Assembly: GCA_965285935.1 (NCBI GenBank)
Contig: OZ260661.1
Span: forward strand, 82,584,001 to 82,648,000
Reading direction: 5' to 3'
Length of the DNA stretch: 64,000 bases
Source of the DNA: Ophelia neglecta
Taxonomy: Eukaryota
Shown: positions 10,905 to 58,372 of the stretch, piece after piece
Position numbering within the stretch: the stretch's first letter is position 1
How the letters are laid out: the number at the start of each line of letters is the position of its first letter
The notes under the pieces: generated by a model
What the model saw: the letters and a program-made list of their open reading frames with translations, nothing else
Told to the model about the DNA's origin: nothing
The model's database searches: none
Position numbers and translations under genes: made by a program

Positions 10905-12527
10905 GAGGACACTGCATGGAACATTGAACGAAGTGAGAAACATTTAATTTTGTTACAAATGGTTTTTAAATAAGCAAATGGATGGGCAATGGTTATCAAG
11001 TCACAGACAAATATACTCTTAAAGGTATCATAATATGTTTAATGTACAGATTTGATCACTCCCCTCGTACAAAATTTATATCATTCACCCGATTGTCACA
11101 CACTAAAATAGACCGGAAGGTCATGAAAAACATGGAGGCAGTCGCTGTACAAACATATACGGGCGATATGGTGATTACCTTGGTGATAAAATGAATAAAT
11201 GTATGTGCTCGGTGTGTGATATGGTGCTTTTTTTTAAAAAATTCGGTGCAATCATCTACTAAAATCTATTATTTGACAAAGTATTTGCAGATATAACCTG
11301 ACATTTGAGCGAGGGAAATGTTATCTAGTGTAACTAGCCTTATTCAATGTTTGGCCCCCGTTACAATTTTAATGTCACATTGCTGTGTAATTATAATATT
11401 CTCACATAATTATAAGCTATTAAACGCGCTTTCATGTGCTTTGATGCACACACAAAGGCACACGCACACGGTACCACAAGGTACCGCCTGTGGGGGTTTA
11501 TAAAATGCACATTACATGCAACACATCAATTGCAGCTACTAGTTAACTGATTATTTCACTCATTTCATTGTCCTATTTGCCTATCACAGTGACTATAACT
11601 TCTCACATCATCCCACTGATCTGCTTCAGCGAGGACGTATAAACACTTTTATTACTTTTAAAAAAAATATCATGTTTAAATAATTGCAGCCCGAAGGCTG
11701 GAATTTACAATATCACAAGTATGCTTCAAATAAAACATTCAGGGAAAGCACAATGACTACAAAACGCAATAGGTAGAGATAATGCAACTACTTGACAAGG
11801 TTATTCATGAACTGGCTAGATTAAGACTATAGTCGATTAAATATAATGTGGCACGATGAAATGCCATAAATGTACAACAAGGCCATATTATATTACGACT
11901 TAAAGACATAGGTTTTAGTTGATAGAGACCTCTAGGCCCAACAAATGGCTAGTAGCAGTTTTGAGGAAGCAGCTCTTTGTTCAAATTAGTTAATTAATTC
12001 ATATATCATATTTATTTGTGCACTGTATGTATATACATTTCAGAGAAACAAAACAAACATAATACAGGATAGCAAGTACAGAGAGAATAAATGAAAGGAC
12101 TGAAACATATCAAGTGGTTGGCTGACAAAAGGGACTATGCTGCGTGACCCATATCCTAGGGCCATTTATGTGTAAATCATGACAAGGCCTTGTAGTATGA
12201 TTGTGTTTGCCTGCATTAAATCTAAGAATATCAACCCTTGACAAAACACCATTAAAAACTTGTCATTCTAATTTGCATGTTTTGCTAATATATATCATTA
12301 TATCTTGTTTCCCGAGATAGTGGCAACGTATGTGTAACCTGATGTCAAAATAGGAAAAAAGTCATTTACTAAGCTTGTAGCGTACACATAGTGCAAAAAG
12401 GTAAATGCCCATCCAGGGCAGTCAGTTGCAATAATATTGTCCCAGAGTTTCGAATTCATGGGCTATTTGAAGTTGGCAATATTTTTCTGGCTGTAGTTTT
12501 AATGTATCATGCATATTTGTACTGCCA

Positions 12528-13160
12528 TTTGTATCTCCTGTGGGATATGGTCCTGTCCGTCGCTGCGTCCGTCGCTGCGTCCGTCCGTCCGTTGTGCCTC
12601 CCCGTCTGTGCTTTCGTCGGTCTGTACGTCCGTCCGTCCGTCTTTCGGTTAAAGTTTTTGGTTTGAGGTAAGCATGCATTTATTTGATGAATATCAATAC
12701 CATACATGTTCAGATGGAAAGTTTGCATGTTAAACAAATTGATATTCAAACAAAGTAGTATTCATTATTAAGAATGTTAACTATATTTTGACTTTGCCAT
12801 GTTCTTTCCTTAAATAAACCCATTCTAGTTATACTGGACCGGTTAAAGTTTTTGTATCAAAACTAACACGCAGTCCTAGGAATAATATTATTACCGAACC
12901 TTTTCGGATGGAAACTACACGTGATAAACTTTGATATTAAACCCTATTTGTGCCTAATTTTTATATTTTGACAAAAATATTTGCATTACTACTTATACAT
13001 GTTACCCAATTTCAGGGTAAGATTATTTATATTAATATTTTAGTAACTTTGCTGTTTTTCCGGTCACTTAAAATACTATGCTGATGGTTATATATGGTAG
13101 CTTGCATTCTGATTCAAGATTCATGTCGTGCATGCATAAAAATACCGGGGCATCGTCTGC
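12528..13160 (+). mobile_element. Helentron-associated (HINE/DINE-1/pearl-like) non-autonomous repeat
   Basis: GTCC/GTCT microsatellite block (~12555-12645) followed by degenerate ~194-bp core repeats starting GGTTAAAGTTTTTG at 12647 and 12841, which is the usual layout of this class. Ends are approximate. Confidence 0.55.
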
Positions 13161-16074
13161 TGATATTTTAATCATGAAAACACATCAAGATGGTATAGAT
13201 ATTTTAGCGTTTATAATGGATTATCAAAAATGAACAGCCATTTCATTGTAAATTTAATTGATAAGGTATTACATAGGTGCCGTTTGGGTTGGGTTCTAGC
13301 AAGATTCCACCTTAAAACATTAGGTATTAAAGAAGGCCCAAATATTAACATCAGTGCCAACAAGGTTTTTCTTTTTGGACTAATCAGGGCGGTGCAGTAA
13401 TTGCTGCGGAGTTGACCTACATTCTTCCGGAAGCTGGCCTGATAAGGAGCCTTACCAATGAAACAAGTGAGATTTTTGTCCACGAAATCAAGACTTTTAA
13501 ATTGGTTAATTATCGCCTATTATCATAAAACTTCTTTAGATCGCTCGGATACATCTCCGGGACGAAATATGCAGCGATTTCCGTGCCGAATTCCGGGATC
13601 CGGGATTTTGAATAGCGGTGATTTGAACGAGAGTGTCTTACATTCTTGCTTCTACTTAGCTCGCCTGATAGCTCTCCCCTCCCCCGCCCGCCCCACAGGC
13701 TCAGTAACGAGTACCTGCCGTGGATAATAATAGTCTATAAATTTCACAATCTGTATTATGATTTATATAGGCCTATATTGAACTTTAGAATAAAGGTTGG
13801 TATTGCAGCACTATTAGAGTTTGCAGGTGTCGTAAAACCAACCTAGGTTCATTTATGTTCCTTGTTTTGAGTATCCACTGAGAAATGATACTCGATTATT
13901 CTATCATGCACAATATTCTCATGTTGTGGAACTCTTCTTTCCTTCTCAGCCTTACACTGACGATTCCTTATGATTCATTCACTGCCTATGTGGACTAGGT
14001 TTAGTTTTTTTTTCTGCTATGTATCAGTTCCTGTCTCAAAGTCGCTATAATTAGAAATTTATTTTACTTTTCCTCAACATTCTACATTTACTTATAGGTT
14101 TACATTGTCTAAAAATACTGGGCCGCGGAGGATGATCTAGCCATCTCTGGTGGCACTTGTTCTTCTGTGCTTTACCAACATGAGTCACCCTAGGCTTTTT
14201 TACAATGTTTCCCTGCCCTCTTCATTTGTTTCATTGCAAGTTAAGTTTGCTTCTTTTTACTCGGTGTTGTAAGCATCATCCACAAAGTTTTCGCTACGAG
14301 CATTCATGTAATGTTTAATTTAGGCATCTCTTCTGAGCTAATGGGCAAAATGTTGGCAGTCACATGGGAGCTCAGTCAAGCATATATGACCTCATTTGCC
14401 AGTTTCCGTTTCCGTCCAATTGGGTGTTCCCAGTGCGGACATATAAGTGCAGAGGATCCGGTGAAATGTTGTTGACCGAATTCCGTGGTATTTTTTCTAA
14501 CAATATTAACGATTAGAGCAGCTGTAGGCGACGTTACTATATGTATATTTAGCTTTAATTTCAACAGTAAAGAATCTTTTAGACATCTATAGACTAGATG
14601 AATGCCTTGTTAATATTGTTAAATTTAAACGCTGAAACAGTTATTGATGATTGAAAATCAATTTGATCGAGCTACGGCGTATTGGCTTTCATGTTTATAG
14701 TCCCAGTATTTTATGCATGATGGTATCATCCATTGTGTTTGTTCAATTTTTTTTCTTCTGCACATGCCGCCACGAGATCCTATTGTTTCAGCGGACACCA
14801 TTTCGACCGAGAAAGTGTGCCAACGGTTTCACAGGTGACTTTTTTTACTAAGTTCTTCCTGAAGCTTGTAATAGGAGCTGTTGGACTTGTGCAAGAATTC
14901 CCAAACAACGCTTTTCGGTTGGTTTCCATCTTTGATTGTCGTCAAAATTGTTGCCAAGCAAATACTAAGCGCCTGTGGAGAGTTGAGTCAAACCTTTCAG
15001 TCGACAACTGGCACGTGTGTGTTTCCTGGCAGAAGCATGTCGGCCAACACCGTCTATTGCTACCGGCCACTTCTACACAAGTGTATTGAGAAAATAATTA
15101 CTCGCAGCACGTGTCTCGTATCAGCTTTTCACAATTTCTCCCTGTCTGATTGTCCTGGTTGGAAATCAAAATCTTCCGACCTTCCTCTATTTCAATTGTT
15201 GTTACAACTATGCTAAATTTGACCAATTAACTCCGCTCAGATATTGTGCACACCCGGTGGGGCCCATTGGCTAGGCCTTCTTTAGGCCTGGTGAGAGCTC
15301 CCTGGCTGACTTTGATTGCCAAAACAAGTTTTAACCTTACTTGATAAAAACTTTGAGGTATTTTGGGGTATTTCTAAAAATTCTGTTCGAAGAATCACTT
15401 CATAACCAACATTTAGCGTTTATTTCAAAAGAAATATTTTTCACATGCATCCTAAGGTTGAGAATTTTAACCTCAAGTTAAATTGCAATCCAGTGAACAT
15501 AATTGAATTTTGTCTTCTTTTGATACACATTATCAGGGTTCATATTTTGTGAAAGTACCATTAATTATTCTGTATCACGTGACCACATGACCAAACCTCA
15601 TTTGTTTCAACCATAGTTTGCATGCATTTGGAAAGAAGCGATTCATCCAATGTAATGTCTTCACGTACATGAAAGAAGTGCTTGCGAAATCCACAAGCCA
15701 CCGAGACAATTGCTGAATCATGCATTCACTACGTATAAAAACATCTTTGAGTCGGACAGAGGGTGACCAGAATTCGGACTTATCCATTGTGAAACATTCT
15801 TATTACATGTACTTATAAATTATTAAGGAGTTAATTTACAATTTTTGTTAATGGTAATGTTTCTCTTAACTTTTAGTATTGTTTTCCATTTTTGTGTAAT
15901 ACTTTCATAATTCTCTTTTCGTGCTCACTTTCGAAATCAAAATCATTTCTGCCTGTTACTCTTGTTGAGATGTCGCCTGCCCTCAGAGGTGTTAATCACT
16001 GGTGTAAAAGGCGGTCGAGACATGAAGAAGCTTTCATTGTGGTCGTTTGCTACACATTTTCTTAATTGCCGGCA

Positions 16075-16320
16075 ACATTTCCCGCGTTATGCACCCCGTG
16101 GCCTTTCCACTTGGACACAGCGTTTCTCAGCTGACCGGCCGCCAGGTGGATGGTCAGGTCAAATGTCTGCCAGTCTCACCTGCTCTTACACATTGGCTCA
16201 TCAGACACCAGTCTATCAAGCCGCTTATCGCGCCAATTATCGCCAGATGATAAATCAAAACCAATCACCCGCGAAGCGTATTTATCGATAAAAACCTGGA
16301 CTGCCTGCTGTCGCTGCAGC
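16075..16320. promoter_or_regulatory. Candidate Jagged upstream enhancer (motif cluster)
   Basis: GC-richer island with CAGCTG 16128, CAGGTG 16143, CACCTG 16177, CAGATG 16244, GGTCAGGTCA 16152, TTTCCCGCG 16078 and several TTATC/GATAA. Confidence 0.3.
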
Positions 16321-16651
16321 AGAATTGTGTAGTATAAAATTGTCGTACTTATAGAAGTATTTTCTATGCCAAATAAGTCTTATATTAAAATGAAAGTACA
16401 TGTATGATTAAAAATAGCTAAAAACAATGATAAACATTACAAGCGTGTCGTTTCTTTCAACAATCACCACTACTTCTATATAAAGCAAAGTCGTGTTTTT
16501 CTTAGGCGGCAAGGATCTTCAAACGCACGATTCTCTCACACCATTAACACACCTGCACCGCTGAGCACGCGTACGGTAGATACCGTATCATTCATGACGA
16601 GCTGCAGTATTTTGGTAGATGATATCGCCAGAATTTTTACAGGTGTGGTTG

Positions 16652-16808
16652 TGGGGGCGGGGGGGGGCGGAGGGGGGTATTCCCTTACGCCGTAATTGGA
16701 CTTTTTTTCGTAATCCGTAAATAGTCATTTTTATTTACCCGTAATGCGTTCGTTGTGTTTTTATTTTACGTATTCACGTACTGGTACCTTCCCCTCCCCC
16801 TTGCCCGC
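16652..16808. repeat. Short element with G-run left end and C-run right end (MITE-like)
   Basis: GGGGGCGGGGGGGGGCGGAGGGGGG...TTCCCCTCCCCCTTGCCC enclosing repeated CCGTAA/TTACG motifs. Confidence 0.35.
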
Positions 16809-17850
16809 AGTTGCTTCTTCTATATTACCTAGAGCTTGTTTTTCTTTGTAATCTCAAGATGTTGTATATAAAAGTACTAAGTCCATTCATTTCTGCGTGT
16901 ATTTCAGATTAAAAAATAAAGAATTTTAGGAAACTGAAAACGAAAGAGACGGTTATTTTCAAGATGTGGTACCGTTTTCAAGTTCAAGTATGAATCATTG
17001 TTTTGCATCTTACTGTCACTTATCGAGTTATGGAAACTAAACACAACAAAGATGGCAACACCAACAGTTTGCTTCAAATTTACAAGATTCCAACGCATGA
17101 GAAATTCAGCTAGTTAAGAGCGTAGGCCTTAACCTATGCGTTTTGTCCGTTATCGCCCATGCACTGTATTTAAATGAATTCAATTCCCTAACCACTAAGA
17201 ACGTAATAAAAAAATAGTTGAATTTATTTGGATTCCGCGGTGTTTTCTGTCCTGGCGCAAACTCTCTCTTTTACACCCTTTCTATCTTAGAAATCTGTGT
17301 TTCTCGGGTATCTGCTAGTAAATGTATAATATGAGCATACGCTTGGCAACTATTTGTACATGATCAGAGGGATAGTTTAGTTTCAGAAGGTTATTGTTTC
17401 AATCGAAAGAAAACATGTGTGGTTAGCGTGTGTCCATGAAACATATTCGTTCAGTGTAATTGTTTGTGAATTCATAAATCCCTTGTGTTTATATTGTATG
17501 GTCTATTTTGGTTTTTTTCCCAACGTTTTAAATGTGCACATTTTTTGGCGTGTTGCTTTCAATTATTGGGGCATGCTTCCTTTATGTTTTTGATTATCTA
17601 CTATAAATCTAGCCAGCGAACCATCAGCGATATCCAGCAAATGCCATTCCAAAATGGCAGTGTACCGTGGTTTAAATCGCCCGTTGAGTCCAAAAGTAAC
17701 AGTTTAGTAAAAGTTGAGAGCAATGGTTATTGCGTGAACTGTTTGTAAGGTCCTTTTTTGATTACGCCTAGTTCTATTTGACTATTTCAGCCCCCTTTCA
17801 ACCTTAGCCATTAAGCGTTTATTTATATAACACTAACTGCAACTTAACTA

Positions 17851-18027
17851 CAGTAAAACTTGGCCTAAAGGACACCTGACAATTAGGAACACAATGACTA
17901 TTAATGACATTGATTTTAGTACAGTTGTAATACTTTACATGTAAAGTAACCTGTGAAATAAGGACAACTGAGAAAAGAGGACAGATTTACCAGTCCCTTG
18001 GCTGTCCCTAATTGTCAGGTTTCACTG
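17851..18027. mobile_element. Tc1/mariner-pogo-type MITE
   Basis: Termini TA|CAGTAAAAC...GTTTCACTG|TA. Shares the internal CCAGTCCCTTGG block with the copies at 34886 and 35142. Confidence 0.75.
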
Positions 18028-19579
18028 TATAGGTATTAAGTAGCCATAGCTTGAATTTACCAAACTTGATACGTTTTAACTTATATATATATACCCAGGT
18101 ATCACAGAGTGTTTCATTTGATTAATTTCAGTGGAATGCAGTAGATGAAAAATCCTAAACCTTCTTCGACAAAGCGGGAATATGTCCACATTTAAAGATC
18201 ATTTACTTAAAGAGCCGGTAGGTTTGAATTTTTCAAAATAAATTTACATTAAATTGTGTGCATGAATTAGAAATAATTTCTTCCGTTCTTAATTCTGACT
18301 TGTGAATTTCACCATAAACATAATATCCAATAGTTTGGTGGTATCGTTGCAATCGCATGTATCCCCTTCAGTTTTACAATCTCTATTATTCCCACTTAAA
18401 GATGCAATGCCCTCAATGGCTGTAAACTAAAGCCGAACCACAGTTCTCATGGACTTGAATTGATTTTGATTGGATGTAAACGGGAGGTCTACTGGGCCAT
18501 TGAAAAACCCCTTGAAATTGCTTCTACCCCAGAGCGTTGTTTCTGTGTTTATATTATGACAGGTTGTGAATACGCCATTAACTGGGAATCTCGAAGGTCG
18601 AGTTGAAAGAAGATCATTCTCAAATGATATGATACTTCAAAAATAAACGTCTTTGAACTTGGAGAGTGCGGTGTGGACTGTGTAGACTTGCATAAAGCAA
18701 AGCTGGGTGGGGCGTTTTTTGAGATATCTAATAGATAGTACTGACATTAATATTTGAAACGAGCAACGACCCGAAATGACCTTTAGCTCCTGTTATTTCT
18801 ATTTAATTACATTATAGGGCCGTGTATTAGTAATTCGGAAATTTTTAGGTCTTCATTTGGATATCAAACCTTTCAAGAAAGAAATGCTCGAATTATTTTT
18901 GTGGTGGTTTGCCGAGAGGGTAAATACCAGTCGGCATGGTGTCAAAGTGAACAACTGAACTTATCATTGTGTATCATGAAAGCGGCCCCCATATAATCAG
19001 AGTAAAAAGTTAGACTAAAATTTCTAGTTTGACTTTCGAAAAAGAGAAGACACTTGTTACAAAGGCGGAGCTTACCAGCATTCACCCGGTCTGACTAATT
19101 AATGTAATCAGTGTACAAGTAAAGTCAAGTCAAGGCCGCCCATCACAACTCATCTCTGTCCCGCACCCCGAATTTACATTAATGCGGAAAGATCAAAGAA
19201 TTATTGTGCGGTCACTGTTGCGTGAATGTCATGGGGTCATTGATGAATCCTTCTGTATAGCATATGGGGGCCCTACTGATTGCTGTTGTAGGTTTTAAAG
19301 AGAACAGCCATGTGCTACAGTTATGAAGTGCTTTTTCAGCGCAGCTTCGAACATTTCAATTATCGTCTGACTGACGGCTTGTAGTGAACTCTTTTGTTAG
19401 GTCTACTATCTCTCGCTTTTTTTCTATTTCGCCACCGTGTGCTAGTTAATAATAACTGATCGATTGAACTCACAGCTAAACAGATATTACGAACTTTGAT
19501 CTGAATTACTGCATGTAAGAAGCTTTTTTATCGCGGTGTCTCCGACCATGTACCTTTGGCCGTTAAGTCTTTAATGGCT

Positions 19580-19587
19580 CGTGGGAA
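19580..19587 (+). promoter_or_regulatory. CSL/Su(H) consensus site upstream of Jagged
   Basis: CGTGGGAA ~1.45 kb upstream of the Jagged ATG, at the start of a GC-richer promoter or leader-like stretch. Confidence 0.35.
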
Positions 19588-21031
19588 GCTCGTTCCTCCA
19601 CAATGTAGCGATAAACACAACAACTCTGCAGTCGTTGGAAATACACTTTAGGAGGGGAATAATAAACTCGGCTCACTTTGTAGACTTGAGACACAAGAGA
19701 GGTTGTTTAAAAATAAAGCAAAAAACAAGTTGCTTCTGCAACAGCTTGGTGGATGTTGGCAGGTTCAAGTGTTGCACGTCAATGATATTTTCCTGCGCGT
19801 TCTAGGAACTGATGTTCAGCTGATGCTTGAAGCACTTGAGTTCCCGGGCTAGTGAGATTATAAAGTATTTATTTTACGTTGTTCTGTTACCTCGGTGACG
19901 ACTCTTCTCTCAGTTAGGGTACAGAGTATAGCTTTATGCACGTCGGAGATTCGGAAACCGACACTGTAAGAGCAGTGTGGGATGTGAAAAAGCACTGGAA
20001 ACGGTGTTCCGCGAGACTTGTATACGTTGTTGTGGTATCGCACTGTCTATGGGCAGCCTGGAGGTGTGTCTCTGCTCACGAGCTCAGGCCTTCTCAGTGT
20101 ACAGTGGTATTGTTTTATCTGGTTTTGGCCACTCTATTGTTGGCCAGGAGACCCTGACAATGGCCCCACGCTGGATCTCAGGATTGACATGGGACACTTC
20201 GATGTTCTTCACTCGCATCCCGACTAAGTATAACATATGGATTGGTTTCATGTGTCCAATTTGTGCGTAGCAAATTTGAAACAGGATGATGGACGTTTCC
20301 ATTCAATGCTAGACGGGTATAGTTGATGAAGCTGTCCACTTGTTAAACAAATGACCTTAGCGTCGTAGTATCTTACGGTGGGGTCAGAGCTGGACGGTCA
20401 GTCTGATGTAAAAGAATGGGTTTCAAGTCGAAAGGAAGCTTGTCAAGGGTGCCTTGTCGTGAGGTCGAATATTTATAGGACCACTTTGCTCTGGTGGGTA
20501 AAATCCCGAGCAGCGTGAAGGGGATGATGTCGACCTGGGAACGGCCACACATGGCGAGAGATTGTTGTTGCTCGAGGCCTGGGGCTGTTCTGTCCGTGCT
20601 CACGCGTGCTGCCTCTCTGGCAAACGACAACTGATCGCCTGCCAGGTATTGGCCGGGTCTCCATCGATCTGAGCATGCGCACATCGGTCGTATACTCTAC
20701 GGACAAGTCTCACGTCTCATGTGCAACAACAACACACCGTGCCTTATTTGCAGCCAGCTTCAATGAATGGCAACTGCCAATTGCGGACAAGGAACTTTAT
20801 ATGGGATAACAAATTGTAATTGTCTTTGCGTTTCACTACGTTGAAAAATAAGTGTTGACTTTCAAAAGTAAACATTTGGATCAATAATGTGAAGCGCTGC
20901 TGAGGATTAATTTGTTTACAACTGACGAGTAATGATTCTTTATAATAATTAACCGAAGCTGGGATCTTTGTAGGTTAAACAATTGTGGATTATCGCGGGT
21001 TGATGTCAGGATTTGGACAGTAACTGATGAC

Positions 21032-54518
<33,487 letters not shown>

Positions 54519-56062
54519 TATTGAGTTCAAGGGTAGAGGCCCTTTTTTAAAAAAATCTATATTGTAGAGAACATAATATGCATCAATGCATGTACTTCTG
54601 TCAGTCTTTTAGTGTCAAATACCTACAAACAGCAGGAAACTAGTGATATCATTTGATAAATGTAATTTTTTATATATTAAGTGTAAATATTTTGTTTACT
54701 TTTTATTTAATGAATCATGTACCAAATGTTGTTGTAAGCTTTGTTACATTTGTTTGAGTATATGATGTAATAAACTAGTCAGCCATTTTAAACTACCTAA
54801 AGTGTATATAGTCCTAGCATAAAGATTGCATGTGAGTACAATGAAAACTACAGTAAAACCATTATCATTTTCTCTGGAATGAGCGCCTGGTATGCTTAAA
54901 ATAAATGAGCCAAGAAAAGATGAACCAAAACCCACTTCTATTTGATTAATAAAATAACCCCAAAAACATGGAAATTCAGGCAAATATAGTGCAAAAAATA
55001 CCAGAAAAAGACGAGTGGTCGCTATTAGGGCATCCATGTAGGCGCTTATTTATAACAGGGAATTCTGTAAACTATATTGTTTGCTGTTGTAATTATTGCC
55101 AGTGTATTCATAGTATAAGCCACCATCCAGCAACCCTGGTCACAATTATAATGATCTTACAATATAGGCCTAGGGCATCTTTTTTATCTGTTTGTTGCAA
55201 AAGATTTTGGAAGAAATTTGGATTAGATAGAACAACAAAAATTCAATTCAATTGCTTTTTGCTGATTTTTCAACATTAATTGGCAATTTCATAAAAAAGT
55301 AAAGCAAATTGTTTTTTATAAAGTACAATAACAATGGATATTGATAATTAATATTGGGGTAGTTTAGGACCTACGAACCTCTGCTGGTCAGGGTATCACT
55401 GATTATGTTTTCTGGGGGTAGAAATCAAATGAATGATTTCTGCATTTTAATCTTAATCCATTTTACCAAAATGCTGGCCAGGGCAGTCTTCTTAACCAAC
55501 AGCTAAATAACTGGTGGCCTGGAGAGAGATTTATTCAGTACAGTTAACTTGACCCAGTTCTACACAATTAAACCCATGTACTTGTAGTACACAGTGACTA
55601 GATATCCAATGTTATCATTGTGGTCAATGTTGAACACGGATACATTACTGTTTTCTCTATGGATATAAGGCTTGTATTGGGAGCTAGATGGGTACATTGA
55701 GACAACACACAATGTACCATGTGACATCTGACAAATTACTTTTTTTGTTACCGTATGACGTCAAATCAAAGATGTCACAATGAACACCATCTAGTCCAAA
55801 AACAAAGACTCTTGGACACGGAGTAGTTGTTTTCAAATACCATAGGAACATATGAAGTACACTTATAGCATTTAATTTATTCAGTGGTGTGTATATAGCT
55901 CTGTTCTGAACAGAGAGCTCATAAACACGGGAAAATGAATGGTCCTGAAGAGTTGGACCCTGATTGAAAGAATTTACAGTGATTTTTGTGTTGGTGTGAT
56001 TTATAAGCAAATGAATCAAATGATTTTGTTGTATCACTGTATGTCGCAATGATTTTAAATGT

Positions 56063-56068
56063 AATAAA
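56063..56068 (+). terminator. Candidate Jagged polyadenylation signal (3' UTR ~1.55 kb)
   Basis: AATAAA followed by T-rich sequence. Earlier AATAAA hexamers also occur in the UTR, so the site used is uncertain. Confidence 0.4.
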
Positions 56069-58210
56069 AATGTTCAAAATTAAATACAGTGCTTTTCTTA
56101 CATCCTTTTCTTCCCCTAATGGTGATTTATATGGTAGCTTAAATAAGACAAGTCATAAAAAATGTGCATTTACTGGGCAGAACAAAAGGTAAAAAGTATG
56201 GGTTTTTAGAAATGAAGTCACCAGTACATACAAATTGCAATTTTTATTTTTGCCACTCTATTTTTAATCCATTAGGCCACACAAAATTGATTTCTTGGTT
56301 AATGGTTTTCTGCATGCCATTCTTCTCTTTTAACTTAATAAAAAATAAACAATCCAGCATCCATTTTGATATTGACATAAATCCAAAATTTATATTTATC
56401 CATTAACTAACATGAGCGATTAGGTTTTAAGTAATTTAGACTATAAGAGGGTGAATTGCCAATTCTATATTCAATTCTCTTACCCTATCTAAGGTTATAA
56501 CAATACTTGGTACACAGTTTATTTATATATAAATATATGTAGAGAAACTCCCAGTTTTTGGTACTGTGCTGTTGGAGGGAACAATAGAAAACCTATACCC
56601 TACGTCCAATACAGCAACGCCGGTCTATGTGCATAATATAAATATTGTATACGTATATGTATATATATATACCCCTGTATATTAATGCTTAAAAAAATAT
56701 ATATTAAAGCATTAAAATGTATAAATTCCAAATGCATTATTTTTTAGGCAAAATTAAAATGTATTTTATACTCTAATTTCATTTTAGGCAAATTAATTTT
56801 ATTACATTATTTTGCAAGTTAGATGTATTTATTATAAAAATATCTATAAACATATTTAAATCTATATATTTTTATTTACTAAAGTACATTATTATTTTGG
56901 CCAATCCAAATCCATTTAAAAAAAACATTAAATAAATATTTTTTGACAATTATACAGTAGATATATTAGAATAGCTTGCTTTAACGCAATGGCTTATCTG
57001 AACTCTCGAGCTCTCCGGGGTTTGGAGTCAACCAACAGAGGGTAAAAATCACTTCCGGGTTCGAAAGCGGTCACGGCCTCCGACGAATGGTATGTCTCAT
57101 AATTAACGTATTCCAGCCACTGTTAGTTTAAGAATAGTATTGATATTGATGTGTCATGGACATAATACCCCATTCTCCCGGTTGTGTTTGCTGAAAGGTC
57201 GTGACAACGCCGTCGGTCTGCTAAAAAAGAAGTTTTTTTAGCGTCGAGGAGCGGTCTTGCATGACTGCGTGAATTTCGCGACTGCTCTGGCTCTACCAGA
57301 GCTGTCAATTACGGGGCAGACGAAACACCGGAATAACCATTGAAATGCCGAAATAACCCGGAATATCCTCTTAAAAGTATTAATTGTGTCGAAATAAGCT
57401 CTCCATTATGTTCGGAACTTACAATATAGTTTGTTTAGACCGTTTTTAAATCTCCGTTGCCCAGCGCTCGGTGAAGTTTCCGTTTAGTTGCTATCTTTTT
57501 TAAGAGTCAAATAGGAATCGCTCTGTAAGCTCTAAACTCGATCAAAATCGAATATGTTTTCGTCCGTCATGTTCGTTTCATCACAAAGAATCGGAAACCC
57601 ATAACATTCCCTTTATGTAAAAGATAGTTAAATGACAATTGAGCCTTGAAAACGCTGATTTAAGCATGTAACAAGTGCTGAGTCTGTGGTGTTTTCACAA
57701 AGTGAATTAGTAAAAAATCAGCGTAGGGGACGTTACCCCAAATGCTCCAATGCCTGGTTGCCAAGTAGTATAACCACATCTTAAACATGTTTTTTTGTTT
57801 AAGTTGATGGCCAAGATGCAGGACAAAAGGATGTGCAGATGAGCTGGCACAGTCTAAACTAATTGTCCCTCGTCCCACTTTTCACTTAATATTATTCATC
57901 ACTACATTATATCTTTGAAGACAATGAGCCCCGTTCATGGGGTAGGGATGAGTCTGATTACATATTCAGCCTGATTACTGAAGGCCTCCATCCTTTGCAA
58001 AATAATTTTAATTAAGAATCCTCCAGTGATTCCGATCCCCAGCCATCATCAAGAATAACACTTACTGTACATGGCAATTTATGCATCACAAAAATTGACC
58101 TTCACATCTCACGCACGACAGTCTTTTGATGAACCTTTTGTTTTTCATTTAAATAAACAAAAGGAAAGACTAGATCAGACTAGAACATCTGATTGGTTAA
58201 ACACAGGAGT

Positions 58211-58372
58211 TGTGTACACCCCTCTTCTGAGAGTAGCATTTAACCATACTACTGGTAATGACTTAATGTGTACACCCTATACTGAGAGTAGCATTTAACC
58301 ATACTACTGGTAATGACTTAATGTGTACACCCTCTACTGAGAGTAGCATTTAACCATACTACTAGTAATGAC
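58211..58372 (+). repeat. Minisatellite, 3 copies of a ~55-bp unit
   Basis: TGTGTACACCC..CTGAGAGTAGCATTTAACCATACTACTGGTAATGAC at 58211, 58267 and 58322. Confidence 0.93.

Noticed and set aside
12391-12749. ORFs with TDGRT/RTD repeats
   Set aside because: Translation of the GTCC microsatellite in the interspersed repeat.
13500-13735. CpG-rich block with weak terminal symmetry (CTATTATC...GATAATAATAG)
   Set aside because: Possibly a small DNA element, but the TIR and TSD are too weak to call.
58211-58372. CRISPR-like repeat array
   Set aside because: Contiguous tandem units with no unique spacers, in eukaryotic context with no cas genes; it is a minisatellite.
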